Origin: a virus
Virus record (IMG/VR): IMGVR_UViG_3300025446_000004
Coordinates: 25,757 to 89,756 of that record
Direction: 5' to 3' (one strand)
DNA: 64,000 nucleotides
In this document: in pieces, positions 41,875 to 51,573 of the stretch
Layout: each line of letters opens with the position of its first letter
Position numbering within the stretch: position 1 is the first letter of the stretch
Translations under genes and position numbers: made by a program
The notes under the pieces: model-generated
Database searches by the model: none
Told to the model about the DNA's origin: nothing
The model's input: only the letters and a program-made list of their open reading frames with translations

Positions 41875-43914
41875 ATGAATATCCCGGAAGGTTTTGAAGG
41901 AAGTCCTTCCTTCCAGTTCATCCAGTCTCGTGGTTGGAACTGGAAGGAAGGAACAGCGCCAAACATCGAGCTTGAGGAATGCCCATACTGCGGTAAAGGC
42001 GGCTATGGGCACTTCTACATTGAGATTCACGGCAATGATAGCGAACGCCGGAACCGCGATGGCCTACATATCTGCCAAAAATGTGGAAAGTCAGGTCGTC
42101 TTGTAAACATTAAGGAGTTTTTAGGAATAAATATACCCGGCATAGAATCTAGGCGCGATTGGGCAGGAGACACAATAAAACGAGAATCATTGCCAGATAT
42201 TGAAGAAGCACATCAGTTGCTTCTTAGTGACACAAAAGCAATGGATTATCTTGTTAATAATCGTGGTTTTTCAGTAAATATCATTAAAGAACGCAAGTTG
42301 GGCCTTATACCGCAACGATATTTCAAAGAAGCAGGAAATGTTCGGGCGCTAGTATATCCGTATCTTGTTAATGGCTCTTGTGTTTTTGTGCATTATCGCA
42401 CGCTGCCTGATACTACTCGTCCGGGTGCTGTGCCAAAAGGCTTCTCTAGCCCAACTGGATGGGATGCTCCGCTTTATAATGGAGAGATTTTGAAAGAGGG
42501 GCTACAGAGTGTCGTATTTGTTGAAGGCGAGGCGAACACGATTGCCGCGCTGGATAAAGGTGTTACAAACATCTGCGGTGTCCCCGGTGCCAATTTCAAA
42601 AAGGCCGACTGGATCACCCAACTAGATGAGCTTGGTCTTGAAAAAATTTATATCTGCTACGACAAAGACAAGGCCGGGCAGAATGCCGCCCAAGAAATCG
42701 CCAAGCGTATCGGCATTGATAAGTGTTGGAAAATCGATTTACCTGACTTCGAGGTAACCACAGAGTTTGGCGAGACTCGTAGGGGCAAAGATTTGAACGA
42801 ATGGTTCACAGTCGGCGGTGGAACGGCTGAGGAGTTCGAGAGACTGAAACAAAACGCCCTACAATTCGACGTAGAGGGCGTAAGTAGCGCCAGAAATGCT
42901 CTACAAGCTCTGCTTGATGAGTTCAACGGGAATCATAGCGTAGAGGGCAAGTACAAATCCCAATTCTGTGACCTGAACAAACTGGTAACGTTCGACTCAG
43001 GCGACGTGATCGACATTATCGCTGAGGAAAAGATGGGCAAAACAACGCTCGCCTTGAATCTTCTTGACCACATGGTGACTACCTACGGGGAAGATGGTAT
43101 ATTTATATGTGGTGAAATGACACGCCTCAAGCTGGCCCGTAAGTGGATTTGCTACAGAGGCCAAATTGCAGACAATATACCTAAGAACCCGGAGGAAGCA
43201 CAAGCCTTATTAGACGAATTTCTCACTAAGATTCCACAGGTACAGCAGATGGCGGCTGAATCGCCCGGCGAACTATACTTTTGTTCACCACGTTACAAGA
43301 CGGAGCAAGACATATACCAACTTATCCGAGACGTGATTCGACGCTACGGCGTCAAGTGGATCGTCATTGACAACCTACAACTCTTTATTGACACTATCAC
43401 ATCTAACGGAAAACAAAACAGGACTGAACGCATATCGTCATTCAGTAAGGTGCTTGCTCAGTTCGCCAAGGATTACGGTGTACAAATCATTCGCATCCTG
43501 CAACCGCACCGCGTGTTAACAGGCAATATTGCGACCAGCAGCAACAATGATGGGTCGTCACAAGTAGCCAAAGACTGCGACTGCAACATTGCCCTTCACC
43601 GCGACCGCATAGGCAGCAACAAAATTGACGAGGTAGCCAAGGCTGAGGGCACAACAATTTCAGAATCATTCTCTGACAAAGCACTTATCTCTGTCGGATT
43701 ATCGAGGTATTCCAGTGGCGGCAGGATGTGGCTCATTGTTGATGGGGCACGTAGCACGTTCCGAACCTATAACGTTGAAAACGTCATGGCATCAGAAGCA
43801 TCGCGGTCTGAGGTAACTAGAGATACATTCGCCCAACAAGTCCAAGAACGGACGGCTAATGGTACCGGGGCTGCAATAAGTACGGATGGAGACGCAGGAG
43901 CAATAGAAATATAA
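41875..43914 (+). CDS. primase-helicase (T7 gp4/Twinkle-like)
   Basis: Zn finger CPYC...CQKC; TOPRIM VEGE and DxDxAG; SF4 helicase AxxxMGKT, IDNL. Confidence 0.9.
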   Translation: MNIPEGFEGSPSFQFIQSRGWNWKEGTAPNIELEECPYCGKGGYGHFYIEIHGNDSERRNRDGLHICQKCGKSGRLVNIKEFLGINIPGIESRRDWAGDTIKRESLPDIEEAHQLLLSDTKAMDYLVNNRGFSVNIIKERKLGLIPQRYFKEAGNVRALVYPYLVNGSCVFVHYRTLPDTTRPGAVPKGFSSPTGWDAPLYNGEILKEGLQSVVFVEGEANTIAALDKGVTNICGVPGANFKKADWITQLDELGLEKIYICYDKDKAGQNAAQEIAKRIGIDKCWKIDLPDFEVTTEFGETRRGKDLNEWFTVGGGTAEEFERLKQNALQFDVEGVSSARNALQALLDEFNGNHSVEGKYKSQFCDLNKLVTFDSGDVIDIIAEEKMGKTTLALNLLDHMVTTYGEDGIFICGEMTRLKLARKWICYRGQIADNIPKNPEEAQALLDEFLTKIPQVQQMAAESPGELYFCSPRYKTEQDIYQLIRDVIRRYGVKWIVIDNLQLFIDTITSNGKQNRTERISSFSKVLAQFAKDYGVQIIRILQPHRVLTGNIATSSNNDGSSQVAKDCDCNIALHRDRIGSNKIDEVAKAEGTTISESFSDKALISVGLSRYSSGGRMWLIVDGARSTFRTYNVENVMASEASRSEVTRDTFAQQVQERTANGTGAAISTDGDAGAIEI

Positions 43915-44435
43915 TGGGACAGCGGTTGAGTTTTTCCCGCATTTTGAAGATTATTAAAAAAGAAGATGCAGAGACAATAACTGATCTTCTGGTGAAATGC
44001 GGCTTTACTTTGAAACGCCTTGATGATGGCGTATTTCGGGAAGTATTTGAGATCGTGGGAAGCGATGTAGTGGTCAAAGTTCCCAAGGATGGCGATGGGC
44101 TGTGTCATGCAAGCGATGAGGCAAAGGGATGGAAGATAGTTCACACATCAAAGCATCCGGCAGCGGTAGAAGCTAGACGACATATACCGAGTAGGTTTGC
44201 GTATGACGAACCATCGGGCTTTATCTTCATGCCAAAGTACCAAGTGAGTAAAGCTCACAAGTATGATAATGAAATGAACCGATTGAACAAATTGTTCCGG
44301 CAGGTTATTTGCAACGGTAAGAAAGCCGACATTGATCTAGGGGCCAGTAAATACGACAACTATGGTCTTGACAAGCACGGGAAATTAGTCATATTGGATA
44401 TGGGATGCTTTACTGAAGATTGGTGGAAAAGCTAG
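43914..44435 (+). CDS. small protein-kinase-like fold protein
   Basis: GVFREVF...VVKVP, E helix, DL...N.G, VILDMG. Confidence 0.6.
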   Translation: MGQRLSFSRILKIIKKEDAETITDLLVKCGFTLKRLDDGVFREVFEIVGSDVVVKVPKDGDGLCHASDEAKGWKIVHTSKHPAAVEARRHIPSRFAYDEPSGFIFMPKYQVSKAHKYDNEMNRLNKLFRQVICNGKKADIDLGASKYDNYGLDKHGKLVILDMGCFTEDWWKS

Positions 44436-44443
44436 GAGGAGTA

Positions 44444-44701
44444 ATGGCAGAAATTACAGAAACAGTTTGTGATGTAGTAGAATGCAATCTACGTGACACA
44501 CGTCAATTTTCATTGTTTAGTCACACCAGATTCAACGGCACTAACATAGATACATGGGATTATGTATTTGATCTTTGTCCAACCCATGTGGCAACGTTAT
44601 TACAAGTATTACTTACTAACTTTTCACGACTTGATATTATAACCCGAGTACAGGTAAAAGATATACTTGCTCACATGAATATTCGCACAAGGCTTCGCTA
44701 A
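44444..44701 (+). CDS. hypothetical protein (CD..C / DLC..H)
   Basis: AGGAGG RBS. Confidence 0.6.
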   Translation: MAEITETVCDVVECNLRDTRQFSLFSHTRFNGTNIDTWDYVFDLCPTHVATLLQVLLTNFSRLDIITRVQVKDILAHMNIRTRLR

Positions 44702-45168
44702 TGAACCTGACCGAAGGATTGAAAAAAGCGCACGAAATTGATGTACGGATGCGGCGGAACTTCACTGGTTTTACTTTTGAAATGTTCAATTTCGTGCTTC
44801 AATTCCAACATAGCGTGTGTGCTATTTGCGGGCGCAAAGGCCATTATTTACGCCTTTCTCTCGATCACGACCACAAATCTGGAAAAATTCGAGGAGTGCT
44901 TTGCTGGCGATGTAACCGAGCACTAACAGCATTTGACGATGATCCAATACGATTCGGCAATGCTGCACGCTATTTAACAACTCCACCGGTAACGGGGGCT
45001 TTTGGAAAGGAACTTTATACACTGCCGGGCCGAGTGGATACAAAGAAGCGACGGAAGATGGTAGAAGCCTTCCGTCAGGGTAAAATAACGATAGAGGGCT
45101 ATCATGGGGAAATATCGCCCGCGCCCGCGCAAGCGGACGAACAGCAGCCGATTCGCAGAGAACCGTAG
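44701..45168 (+). CDS. recombination endonuclease VII
   Basis: CAICG...LSLDHDHxSGxIRGVLCxxCN. Confidence 0.9.
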   Translation: MNLTEGLKKAHEIDVRMRRNFTGFTFEMFNFVLQFQHSVCAICGRKGHYLRLSLDHDHKSGKIRGVLCWRCNRALTAFDDDPIRFGNAARYLTTPPVTGAFGKELYTLPGRVDTKKRRKMVEAFRQGKITIEGYHGEISPAPAQADEQQPIRREP

Positions 45169-45589
45169 AGCTTTTGTAGATATATTTGGTGATCCATTTG
45201 CATTACCGGAGTCGATTGAAGGCCAGTACCAGCGATTGAAATCACGTGGGCTGAGGGATTCTCTCGGTCATCTTGGTAAAAGTAAGACCACAAAGAATCT
45301 TGCCAGTCCAAGTCCGGTGGACTTCTTCTGTGACGTGGATAAAATCGTGAAAGGGGAACTGAGTGACGATGAGTATAGACGCTTTGTTGATACTTACCTC
45401 TTGGAAAATGAGCCGCCAAGTCTCAACCAGAACGAACGCAATTACATTGAACAGCGCCTTGGCAAGATGTTTTTGAAACGTGGTGTCAGTCCGGTGATTC
45501 GGTATTTTATGACTTTCAGAAAAAAATATATCAAAGAGAGGCGATATGTTCGTAAAGCGGGTGATAAGAGTCAGTCTGGAAGAGATTGA
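45104..45589 (+). CDS. hypothetical protein
   Basis: GAGG RBS; contiguous. Confidence 0.6.
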   Translation: MGKYRPRPRKRTNSSRFAENRRAFVDIFGDPFALPESIEGQYQRLKSRGLRDSLGHLGKSKTTKNLASPSPVDFFCDVDKIVKGELSDDEYRRFVDTYLLENEPPSLNQNERNYIEQRLGKMFLKRGVSPVIRYFMTFRKKYIKERRYVRKAGDKSQSGRD

Positions 45590-45884
45590 TCCAAACGGAA
45601 TCTTTCAGAACGTATTCCGGCAATACTTGGATGAAGTAGACGGCAGGGAACTATTTCCTGCAACATTAGGCGCGTTACGACAAAAGTATGGACTGAATTT
45701 TCCTCAGTTCAAAGCTCAAGAGGCTAGGCATCTGGAAGAACAATCTAAGAAAAGGGAGAAGGAACGTGAGCGACGTAGAAACAATTACACTCATACCGGC
45801 GGAGATCAAAACGGAGACGGGAGCGGAGGCAATCGCGGCAAACGGGTATACTCTGATAGAGGAAAAGACCGGGGAGATTATTAA
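45546..45884 (+). CDS. hypothetical protein
   Basis: GAGG RBS; overlaps the next ORF. Confidence 0.5.
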   Translation: MFVKRVIRVSLEEIDPNGIFQNVFRQYLDEVDGRELFPATLGALRQKYGLNFPQFKAQEARHLEEQSKKREKERERRRNNYTHTGGDQNGDGSGGNRGKRVYSDRGKDRGDY

Positions 45885-46302
45885 GAAACATCCCGAGGGT
45901 AAACCTGACCGGTACGGCTTGCGCTACTTCAAACAAATCAAGAACGAAAAAGGCGAAGATGAAGAAGTCGAAATCACCCGTGGTGAGTTCAAAAAGGATC
46001 GCAAGTTGCACGTCACGCTTCAATTTAACCGCATTCCGCGCTGTCAGCACAAGTTTGTCCCCGGTGCGGAACCGCGTCACCGCAACTGTGAAATGTGCTG
46101 GTTCACGTTCTTTCGGGCACACGGTGAGCTGACACAATCCTTGGATGAACTGTTCGCAAAGCACGGTAAGGCCGGGCTGCTACAAGTTCGTGGTACGAAG
46201 TTCGTAAAGAACTTCCTTAAATTCATGGCAACCCTTGCGGAGTGGAAGAAGCAAGTTGAAGCGGCAAAGGGTACAGGAGTGACAAATGGCAATGAAATAT
46301 GA
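45766..46302 (+). CDS. hypothetical protein (CxH...CxxC)
   Basis: AAGGA RBS, GTG start. Confidence 0.6.
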   Translation: MSDVETITLIPAEIKTETGAEAIAANGYTLIEEKTGEIIKKHPEGKPDRYGLRYFKQIKNEKGEDEEVEITRGEFKKDRKLHVTLQFNRIPRCQHKFVPGAEPRHRNCEMCWFTFFRAHGELTQSLDELFAKHGKAGLLQVRGTKFVKNFLKFMATLAEWKKQVEAAKGTGVTNGNEI

Positions 46303-46501
46303 AGCAAAGAAAACGTGGCACGTAGTGGAATGTGGAGAACATTCTAATGACCTACGAGCCGCATTACAGGGCATTGAAAATCAAGGGGGAGAAGTTTTTG
46401 CTGTTCACCAAAGTAGCATTCTCGCTTATGGCGCATTTGGGTATAAGATTATATACTATACGACTGTCGAACAAAGTGTTATCAAAGGGTTTGAGGTTTA
46501 A
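46286..46501 (+). CDS. hypothetical protein
   Basis: AGGAG RBS. Confidence 0.55.
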   Translation: MAMKYEAKKTWHVVECGEHSNDLRAALQGIENQGGEVFAVHQSSILAYGAFGYKIIYYTTVEQSVIKGFEV

Positions 46502-46504
46502 CAC

Positions 46505-46726
46505 ATGTTAAGTTTTCGCAATGTAGCAACATCACCGTCCAGAAAAACAAAAATTTGGTCAGTATATTGTGCAAATTTATATCTTGGGGAAATCAAATGG
46601 TATGCCCCATGGAGACAATATTGTTTTGCTCCAATTCCCTATTCATTATTCGACCATTCATGTCTAATGGAACTTGCTGAGTTTTGTAACGACAACACAA
46701 AAAATCACAGGAAACAAAATGGCTAA
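46505..46726 (+). CDS. conserved small phage protein
   Basis: KTKIW...[16 protein letters not shown]...F...CL. Confidence 0.7.
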   Translation: MLSFRNVATSPSRKTKIWSVYCANLYLGEIKWYAPWRQYCFAPIPYSLFDHSCLMELAEFCNDNTKNHRKQNG

Positions 46727-47822
46727 AACATCGCTACAAGATTTAACTGAAATAGTTGGACGGGTGCAAGCTGCCCAAACTGCCGTCAATGAAGTTGTCG
46801 CTAAAGTTTCCTCTGTCCCAAAGGATAAGGTCGCTGCGCTTAAGGCAGTCGAATTGGCATTGGACAAGCAGTTCAATACGACTCACTCTCTTATTCGCCT
46901 TGGCAGCCGTGTGGGTGTCAAAATGCCCCACATTGCCACGGGTATTATTTCGTTAGACAATGAGGTATTTGGTATAGGTGGTGTGCCGCGAGGCCGTGTA
47001 ATCGAAGTCTATGGCCCTGAATCCGCCGGTAAAACGACCGTGACATTAGAAATCATCGGGGCGGAACAAAAGAATGGCGGCCTGTGCGCTTTTGTAGACG
47101 CTGAGCACGCTCTCGATCCGAATTACGCGCACCAGCTTGGGGTAGACGTTGACAATCTATGGGTCTCACAACCGGACAACGGTGAGCAAGCCTTGGAGAC
47201 TGTAGCCGCTCTTATCGAGTCTCGGGCTGTAACCTTAATTGTTGTGGACTCTGTAGCTGCTCTTGTACCACAGGCTGAGCTTGACGGGGAAATGGGTGAT
47301 AGCCACATGGGATTGCAAGCCCGGCTAATGTCCCAAGCAATGCGTAAGCTTGTGGGTATTGCCGCTGTAAACGGGGTGACGGTAATCTTTATCAACCAAC
47401 TTCGTGAGAAGATCGGTGTTATGTTCGGCAATCCTGAGACAACTACCGGAGGCCGGGCGCTCAAATTCTATTCAAGTGTGAGGCTCGATGTGCGCCGGGC
47501 ACCGGAGGGAACCATCAAGGTTGGAGATAAAATTATAGGACACAAACTCAGAATTAAGGCTGCCAAGAACAAAGTAGCCACTCCATTCCGTGAAACCATC
47601 GTGAACTTGATCTATGGAGTCGGCATTGACCGCATAGCTGATCTTGTCAATGTCGGAGTAGACCTTGGTGTAATCGAAAAGAGCGGTTCGTGGTACAGCT
47701 ACAAAGGGGAGAGATTGGGTCAGGGTATTGAGAAGATCAAGGATAACCTAAACCCTGAATGGGAAGCCAAACTTAGAACAGACGTACAGGCGGCCATTGA
47801 GGCCAAAGCGGAGAAAAACTAA
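46719..47822 (+). CDS. recA: RecA recombinase
   Basis: [54 protein letters not shown]. Confidence 0.97.
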   Translation: MAKTSLQDLTEIVGRVQAAQTAVNEVVAKVSSVPKDKVAALKAVELALDKQFNTTHSLIRLGSRVGVKMPHIATGIISLDNEVFGIGGVPRGRVIEVYGPESAGKTTVTLEIIGAEQKNGGLCAFVDAEHALDPNYAHQLGVDVDNLWVSQPDNGEQALETVAALIESRAVTLIVVDSVAALVPQAELDGEMGDSHMGLQARLMSQAMRKLVGIAAVNGVTVIFINQLREKIGVMFGNPETTTGGRALKFYSSVRLDVRRAPEGTIKVGDKIIGHKLRIKAAKNKVATPFRETIVNLIYGVGIDRIADLVNVGVDLGVIEKSGSWYSYKGERLGQGIEKIKDNLNPEWEAKLRTDVQAAIEAKAEKN

Positions 47823-48130
47823 TGTACTATCTTCTATATCGATCATTGATGAAACTGTTGCACAAATTTCATCTACATTACGCCCCACCGGTTTATCCAA
47901 TGGGAGATACTATGTTGTGGTGCAAATGGTGTGGTCTACGATACCAAGTTCCTTCTGGTAAAAATATACTAGAATGGAAATCAACACCAAAGGCTGCCCA
48001 ATGCGCGTTTACGGATTATCCTGCTGTACGGTGCAAAAGAACTACGCTCAATGAGGGCGACTATTGCCCTGAACATACAAAACTTGTATATGCATGGAGG
48101 CGTAAAAATGAGCGACCAAGCGGAACATGA
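47822..48130 (+). CDS. Zn-binding hypothetical protein
   Basis: TAATG coupling; Cys/His clusters. Confidence 0.55.
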   Translation: MYYLLYRSLMKLLHKFHLHYAPPVYPMGDTMLWCKWCGLRYQVPSGKNILEWKSTPKAAQCAFTDYPAVRCKRTTLNEGDYCPEHTKLVYAWRRKNERPSGT

Positions 48131-48467
48131 GACACTAGGAAACAAACCAAGGCCAAATCGCGGACAACAGGCACGCAACCGGCAGAAGCAAACGAGAAAG
48201 GCAAAGACGCATAAAGCTAAATTTATAGCGAAACGCGCTGCGCCGAAGTTTCTCTATCTATGCAAATGCCACGGTCAACGGGCAACCAAGCCGCCATGTG
48301 AACGTGCCAATGACGACATTAGGGAAAACAAGTTCAGCGAATCGCCACTCGGAACATGGAATTGCTCTGTGACACATCAGAAATGCAAAGTAGACCGGTG
48401 TATGCCGGAAAAGCCTAAAGAGGAGTCAAATGAAACTCTTAAAAATGAAAAATCTAACACTGTATAG
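48108..48467 (+). CDS. hypothetical protein
   Basis: GGAGG RBS. Confidence 0.55.
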   Translation: MSDQAEHETLGNKPRPNRGQQARNRQKQTRKAKTHKAKFIAKRAAPKFLYLCKCHGQRATKPPCERANDDIRENKFSESPLGTWNCSVTHQKCKVDRCMPEKPKEESNETLKNEKSNTV

Positions 48468-48631
48468 CCATATAGGGCCAACATGGAATTACGCATTAGG
48501 CTTAGGAATAACTGTGAAATGGGAAAATGTAAAGTATCCCTACTATCCAAATGGATGGATAATATTGAAGTTTGGTTTCAAATCAGTAATGTTTAGTTGG
48601 ATTTTAGAAACGCACCCAAAAGAGGATAAAA

Positions 48632-48898
48632 ATGCAAACAGCGCAAGTTGATGTATTGCTACCAATGAATGTAAACGTTTCCATTGATGATAATGGGACG
48701 GCTATCTATTACAAAGATGGTAACTTAGTGGTTATTGGGGTCGGTCAAGACGTTTGGGATGCCTTGAATGACTTTCGCATTGAATTCGCCGCCAAGGTCC
48801 ATGCACTCGCTAATCCGGTGACGGTCTGTACCACAAGTACCAACACCGGGCTTCCAGTGTGGCCGTGTTCGCCTTACTGCCGCATTCATATGGTGTAA
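48632..48898 (+). CDS. hypothetical protein
   Basis: GAGG RBS; last + strand gene. Confidence 0.55.
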   Translation: MQTAQVDVLLPMNVNVSIDDNGTAIYYKDGNLVVIGVGQDVWDALNDFRIEFAAKVHALANPVTVCTTSTNTGLPVWPCSPYCRIHMV

Positions 48899-48955
48899 CC
48901 TACCCAAAACCTTCTCCAACGCCTTAAATCGCCTCCTAGAGCCTTCTGTAGACAC

Positions 48956-48992
48956 AAAAAGAGACCCGGCTTGCGCCGGGCCTTCTTGTTTT
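48956..48992. terminator. bidirectional terminator between convergent units
   Basis: AAAAA-GAGACCCGGC-ttgc-GCCGGGCCTTC-TTGTTTT. Confidence 0.65.
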
Positions 48993-49249
48993 CGAGTTTG
49001 GTCGGTCTTGCGGGTCTCCCTTGTGACCAGCACCGCACCCACATTAACAGCCGCATGGCCGCCGTCCTTTGGGCGTTTAGACGATCAACCGATAATCTAT
49101 CTTACCTTAAGATATATTTTTATCAAAAGTACCAAAGCAGCGCACACCAAGAGCAGCATCAGCGCGTGGTACTGCGGAGCCATCAAAACCCAGAATTACC
49201 AACTATTAGGAGCAAAGAAAAGTCTGAAAAGGCTCTGCACAAGGCCCCC

Positions 49250-49714
49250 CTAATTATGTATTCCCATAGCAGAAATTTGGATCGTATTTCCTATAAGGTC
49301 CGAACAACTAGGATTAATATATATCCCGCCAACAAACCCATCAAGCGTAATCGAACTAAGGCTTATATCAGCAGCGGCCACATCGAATACCGAGTTATCA
49401 TTATCGTGTATACATGAGAATATAACGGCATAGTTCAAGTCTGAAAATGGATGGGGCCAAGTCACCGGAATAAGTGCAAAATCAGCCGAAACATCATCGT
49501 CTGTAATTGTATACGGCCCTGTACGAACAACTTCAACTTGCCTAAGAGGCAATGTTGTAGTGTATGCCGAAATGTTTCCAAACTCATCAACTTGCCACGA
49601 AATATTCACACACCCGCTAGGTGCGATTGGTGTATCAGGATTTAGAGTAACTTTTGAGTTACTGCGTAAAATCTCATTAAGATCGAAAGGCAACGGAACA
49701 TTAAAATTTGCCAT
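49250..49714 (-). CDS. putative virion/tail-associated beta-rich protein
   Basis: GGAG RBS; H-type-lectin-like VTWPHPFSDLNYAV segment. Confidence 0.6.
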   Translation of the reverse strand: MANFNVPLPFDLNEILRSNSKVTLNPDTPIAPSGCVNISWQVDEFGNISAYTTTLPLRQVEVVRTGPYTITDDDVSADFALIPVTWPHPFSDLNYAVIFSCIHDNDNSVFDVAAADISLSSITLDGFVGGIYINPSCSDLIGNTIQISAMGIHN

Positions 49715-49782
49715 GTTTCATTTCTCCAAGATACAACGCGCTCTCTGCCACTTTCCCTCTGCACACCATATCTACGTCTTTA

Positions 49783-50009
49783 TTAGCCTACTAACCAATT
49801 TGTTCCATCTGAATAAACTGGAACCTTACCAGAATAACCACCCACATACGCAGCCCCAAATATCGTTGTCTGTGCGTCACTAACGAAAGCCCTAGCACCC
49901 ATACCGGCTGTAACAGCACTAGGAAGCGCAGTACCCGCTACACTGTAAACAACCTGTGCCTGAGTATAGAATTTAACTCAGGAGGCAAAGAAACATTATA
50001 GTGAGCCAT
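49783..50009 (-). pseudogene. small tail-fibre-tip-like protein with a frameshift
   Basis: MAHYNVSLPPELNSILR (paralogous to the 49714 N-terminus) joins AQVVYSVAGTALPSA...GARAFVSDA...VPVYSDGTNWLVG if one G is added near 49959. Confidence 0.65.
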
Positions 50010-50028
50010 CTTGTTACCTACTTGCAAA

Positions 50029-50784
50029 TCAAAACTTCACATGATCCAAGGTCCACACGGTTGCAGCGCCAAGCGCAAATCCTATCTTAAACCACTTTGA
50101 TTTTGATTTAGTTGCACCTGCTTTAGCCGATGCTACCTCTGCCTTGCACGCCACATCGTCGGCGGCAACAGTGGACTTTAGCCCGGTAACTTGGTCGGTC
50201 AAAGACTTATTAAGCACGTTTGCTGAATCCACTTCCTGCTGCTTGGAATCAACCATTGTAATCTCGTTCTTCAAATCCATTTGAAGAGTTGGGACTAACT
50301 CTAACTGTTCTACCGTATCCAAAGCAACCGTGTTGGTTACCTCAATACCGCTAGCAGTTGCGGTAATGTCAGTCGGTTGAGCAGTCACCAATGTGGCCCA
50401 TCGAGTTGCCAGTTGCGGGGGCGTCATATGCTGATCCGTAACTTGCTGTTGTTGTGTTGCTGTGTCCCTTTGTTTAATGAGTGCCGTTAAAGCTGCGTTC
50501 TCCTGCGACACTGTAATTACTAACTGCTGATACTGAGCCGTCAGAGCCGTAACTTGAGCAGCAGCTTGTGTATCTTTGGCTTTCTGCTCGTCCAATTGCT
50601 GCAAAGCAATCTTTGCCTGTACATCATCATTGGCAGCACGGGCGTTAATCCACTTACCCCCAATCCATGCACCAAACAAAAGCACAAGCGCCGTTAGTAC
50701 GATGCGCTCATGTTGCTTAAGCCAACTCACGGCAACTTTGGCATCTTTTTCAATTTCACTTGGCGTTATCACAGGGACAGTCAT
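50029..50784 (-). CDS. membrane-anchored coiled-coil protein, spanin-like
   Basis: N-terminal TM, long coiled coil, C-terminal hydrophobic helix; GGAGG RBS. Confidence 0.55.
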   Translation of the reverse strand: MTVPVITPSEIEKDAKVAVSWLKQHERIVLTALVLLFGAWIGGKWINARAANDDVQAKIALQQLDEQKAKDTQAAAQVTALTAQYQQLVITVSQENAALTALIKQRDTATQQQQVTDQHMTPPQLATRWATLVTAQPTDITATASGIEVTNTVALDTVEQLELVPTLQMDLKNEITMVDSKQQEVDSANVLNKSLTDQVTGLKSTVAADDVACKAEVASAKAGATKSKSKWFKIGFALGAATVWTLDHVKF

Positions 50785-50998
50785 TTTCCTCCTCCTTCTT
50801 AGGGAAAACACTTGGGATAACTTTTTTTGAAAACAGACTTGTAAGAACACTTTTGGGGAACACACTTGGAATTACCTCTGGCGTAAAGTGAGTAAAAACA
50901 CCTTTAGCGCCTGTGCTCTCCTTGGGAGGACCATAAATAAGCTCCCACAGAATGTTCTTTACCGTGTCTTTTCGGAATTTTGGAATCACTACTGACAT
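50756..50998 (-). CDS. hypothetical protein
   Basis: TAATG coupling; VIPSVFPK repeated. Confidence 0.5.
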   Translation of the reverse strand: MSVVIPKFRKDTVKNILWELIYGPPKESTGAKGVFTHFTPEVIPSVFPKSVLTSLFSKKVIPSVFPKKEEENDCPCDNAK

Positions 50999-51177
50999 TA
51001 CTTGCCTCGTTCAACTGAGACGTATACAACCGCGTCTGGTCCCTCATCTGGAAAAAGGCATGGTTGCCAATGGGCTTCCGCGCTCATAGTAGCCGATCCT
51101 TCACGACATACTTTCTTCACTGCCTCATCCACCGCATCATCCAGAGACTTTGGATTGCGAATTATCTTTACCTTCAT
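50998..51177 (-). CDS. hypothetical protein
   Basis: ATG 51177 with RBS. Confidence 0.5.
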   Translation of the reverse strand: MKVKIIRNPKSLDDAVDEAVKKVCREGSATMSAEAHWQPCLFPDEGPDAVVYVSVERGK

Positions 51178-51481
51178 TAGCCCTATCTCTTTCCACCAAC
51201 TTTTGAAGATAGGCCAGAGCACGCCATGCCAACTTTGCTGCATGGTATGTTCCATCACTATCTTTTTTGTCCCGTTCCAGAAAATGACGAACCATTGCGT
51301 CCGATTCGTCGGTAGATTTAGACCTGTCCCAATGTAATGGCTCTCCGGGGTTGTGCTGGTCATTGCCGACCTTACTTACCCGTGCTACCTCAGCCAGTGC
51401 CAGTGGGAAATAGTCAAGAACACCTGTACCAATTGGAAGCTCTTTACGAGCCTTCGCATCGGTAGGTAGACTCAGTACCAT
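51137..51481 (-). CDS. dATP/dGTP diphosphohydrolase (DUF5664)
   Basis: RKxxPxxTGVLDYFPxALxEVAxVSxxGNxQHNPGEPLHW...RH. Confidence 0.85.
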   Translation of the reverse strand: MVLSLPTDAKARKELPIGTGVLDYFPLALAEVARVSKVGNDQHNPGEPLHWDRSKSTDESDAMVRHFLERDKKDSDGTYHAAKLAWRALAYLQKLVERDRANEGKDNSQSKVSG

Positions 51482-51573
51482 ACGCCATCCCCCGTATTTC
51501 GTAGACAGTTTTGATAAATTTTTATTGAACAAATACCATCGCTCAGTGCTAAAAGGAACCTACCATATGGCAG

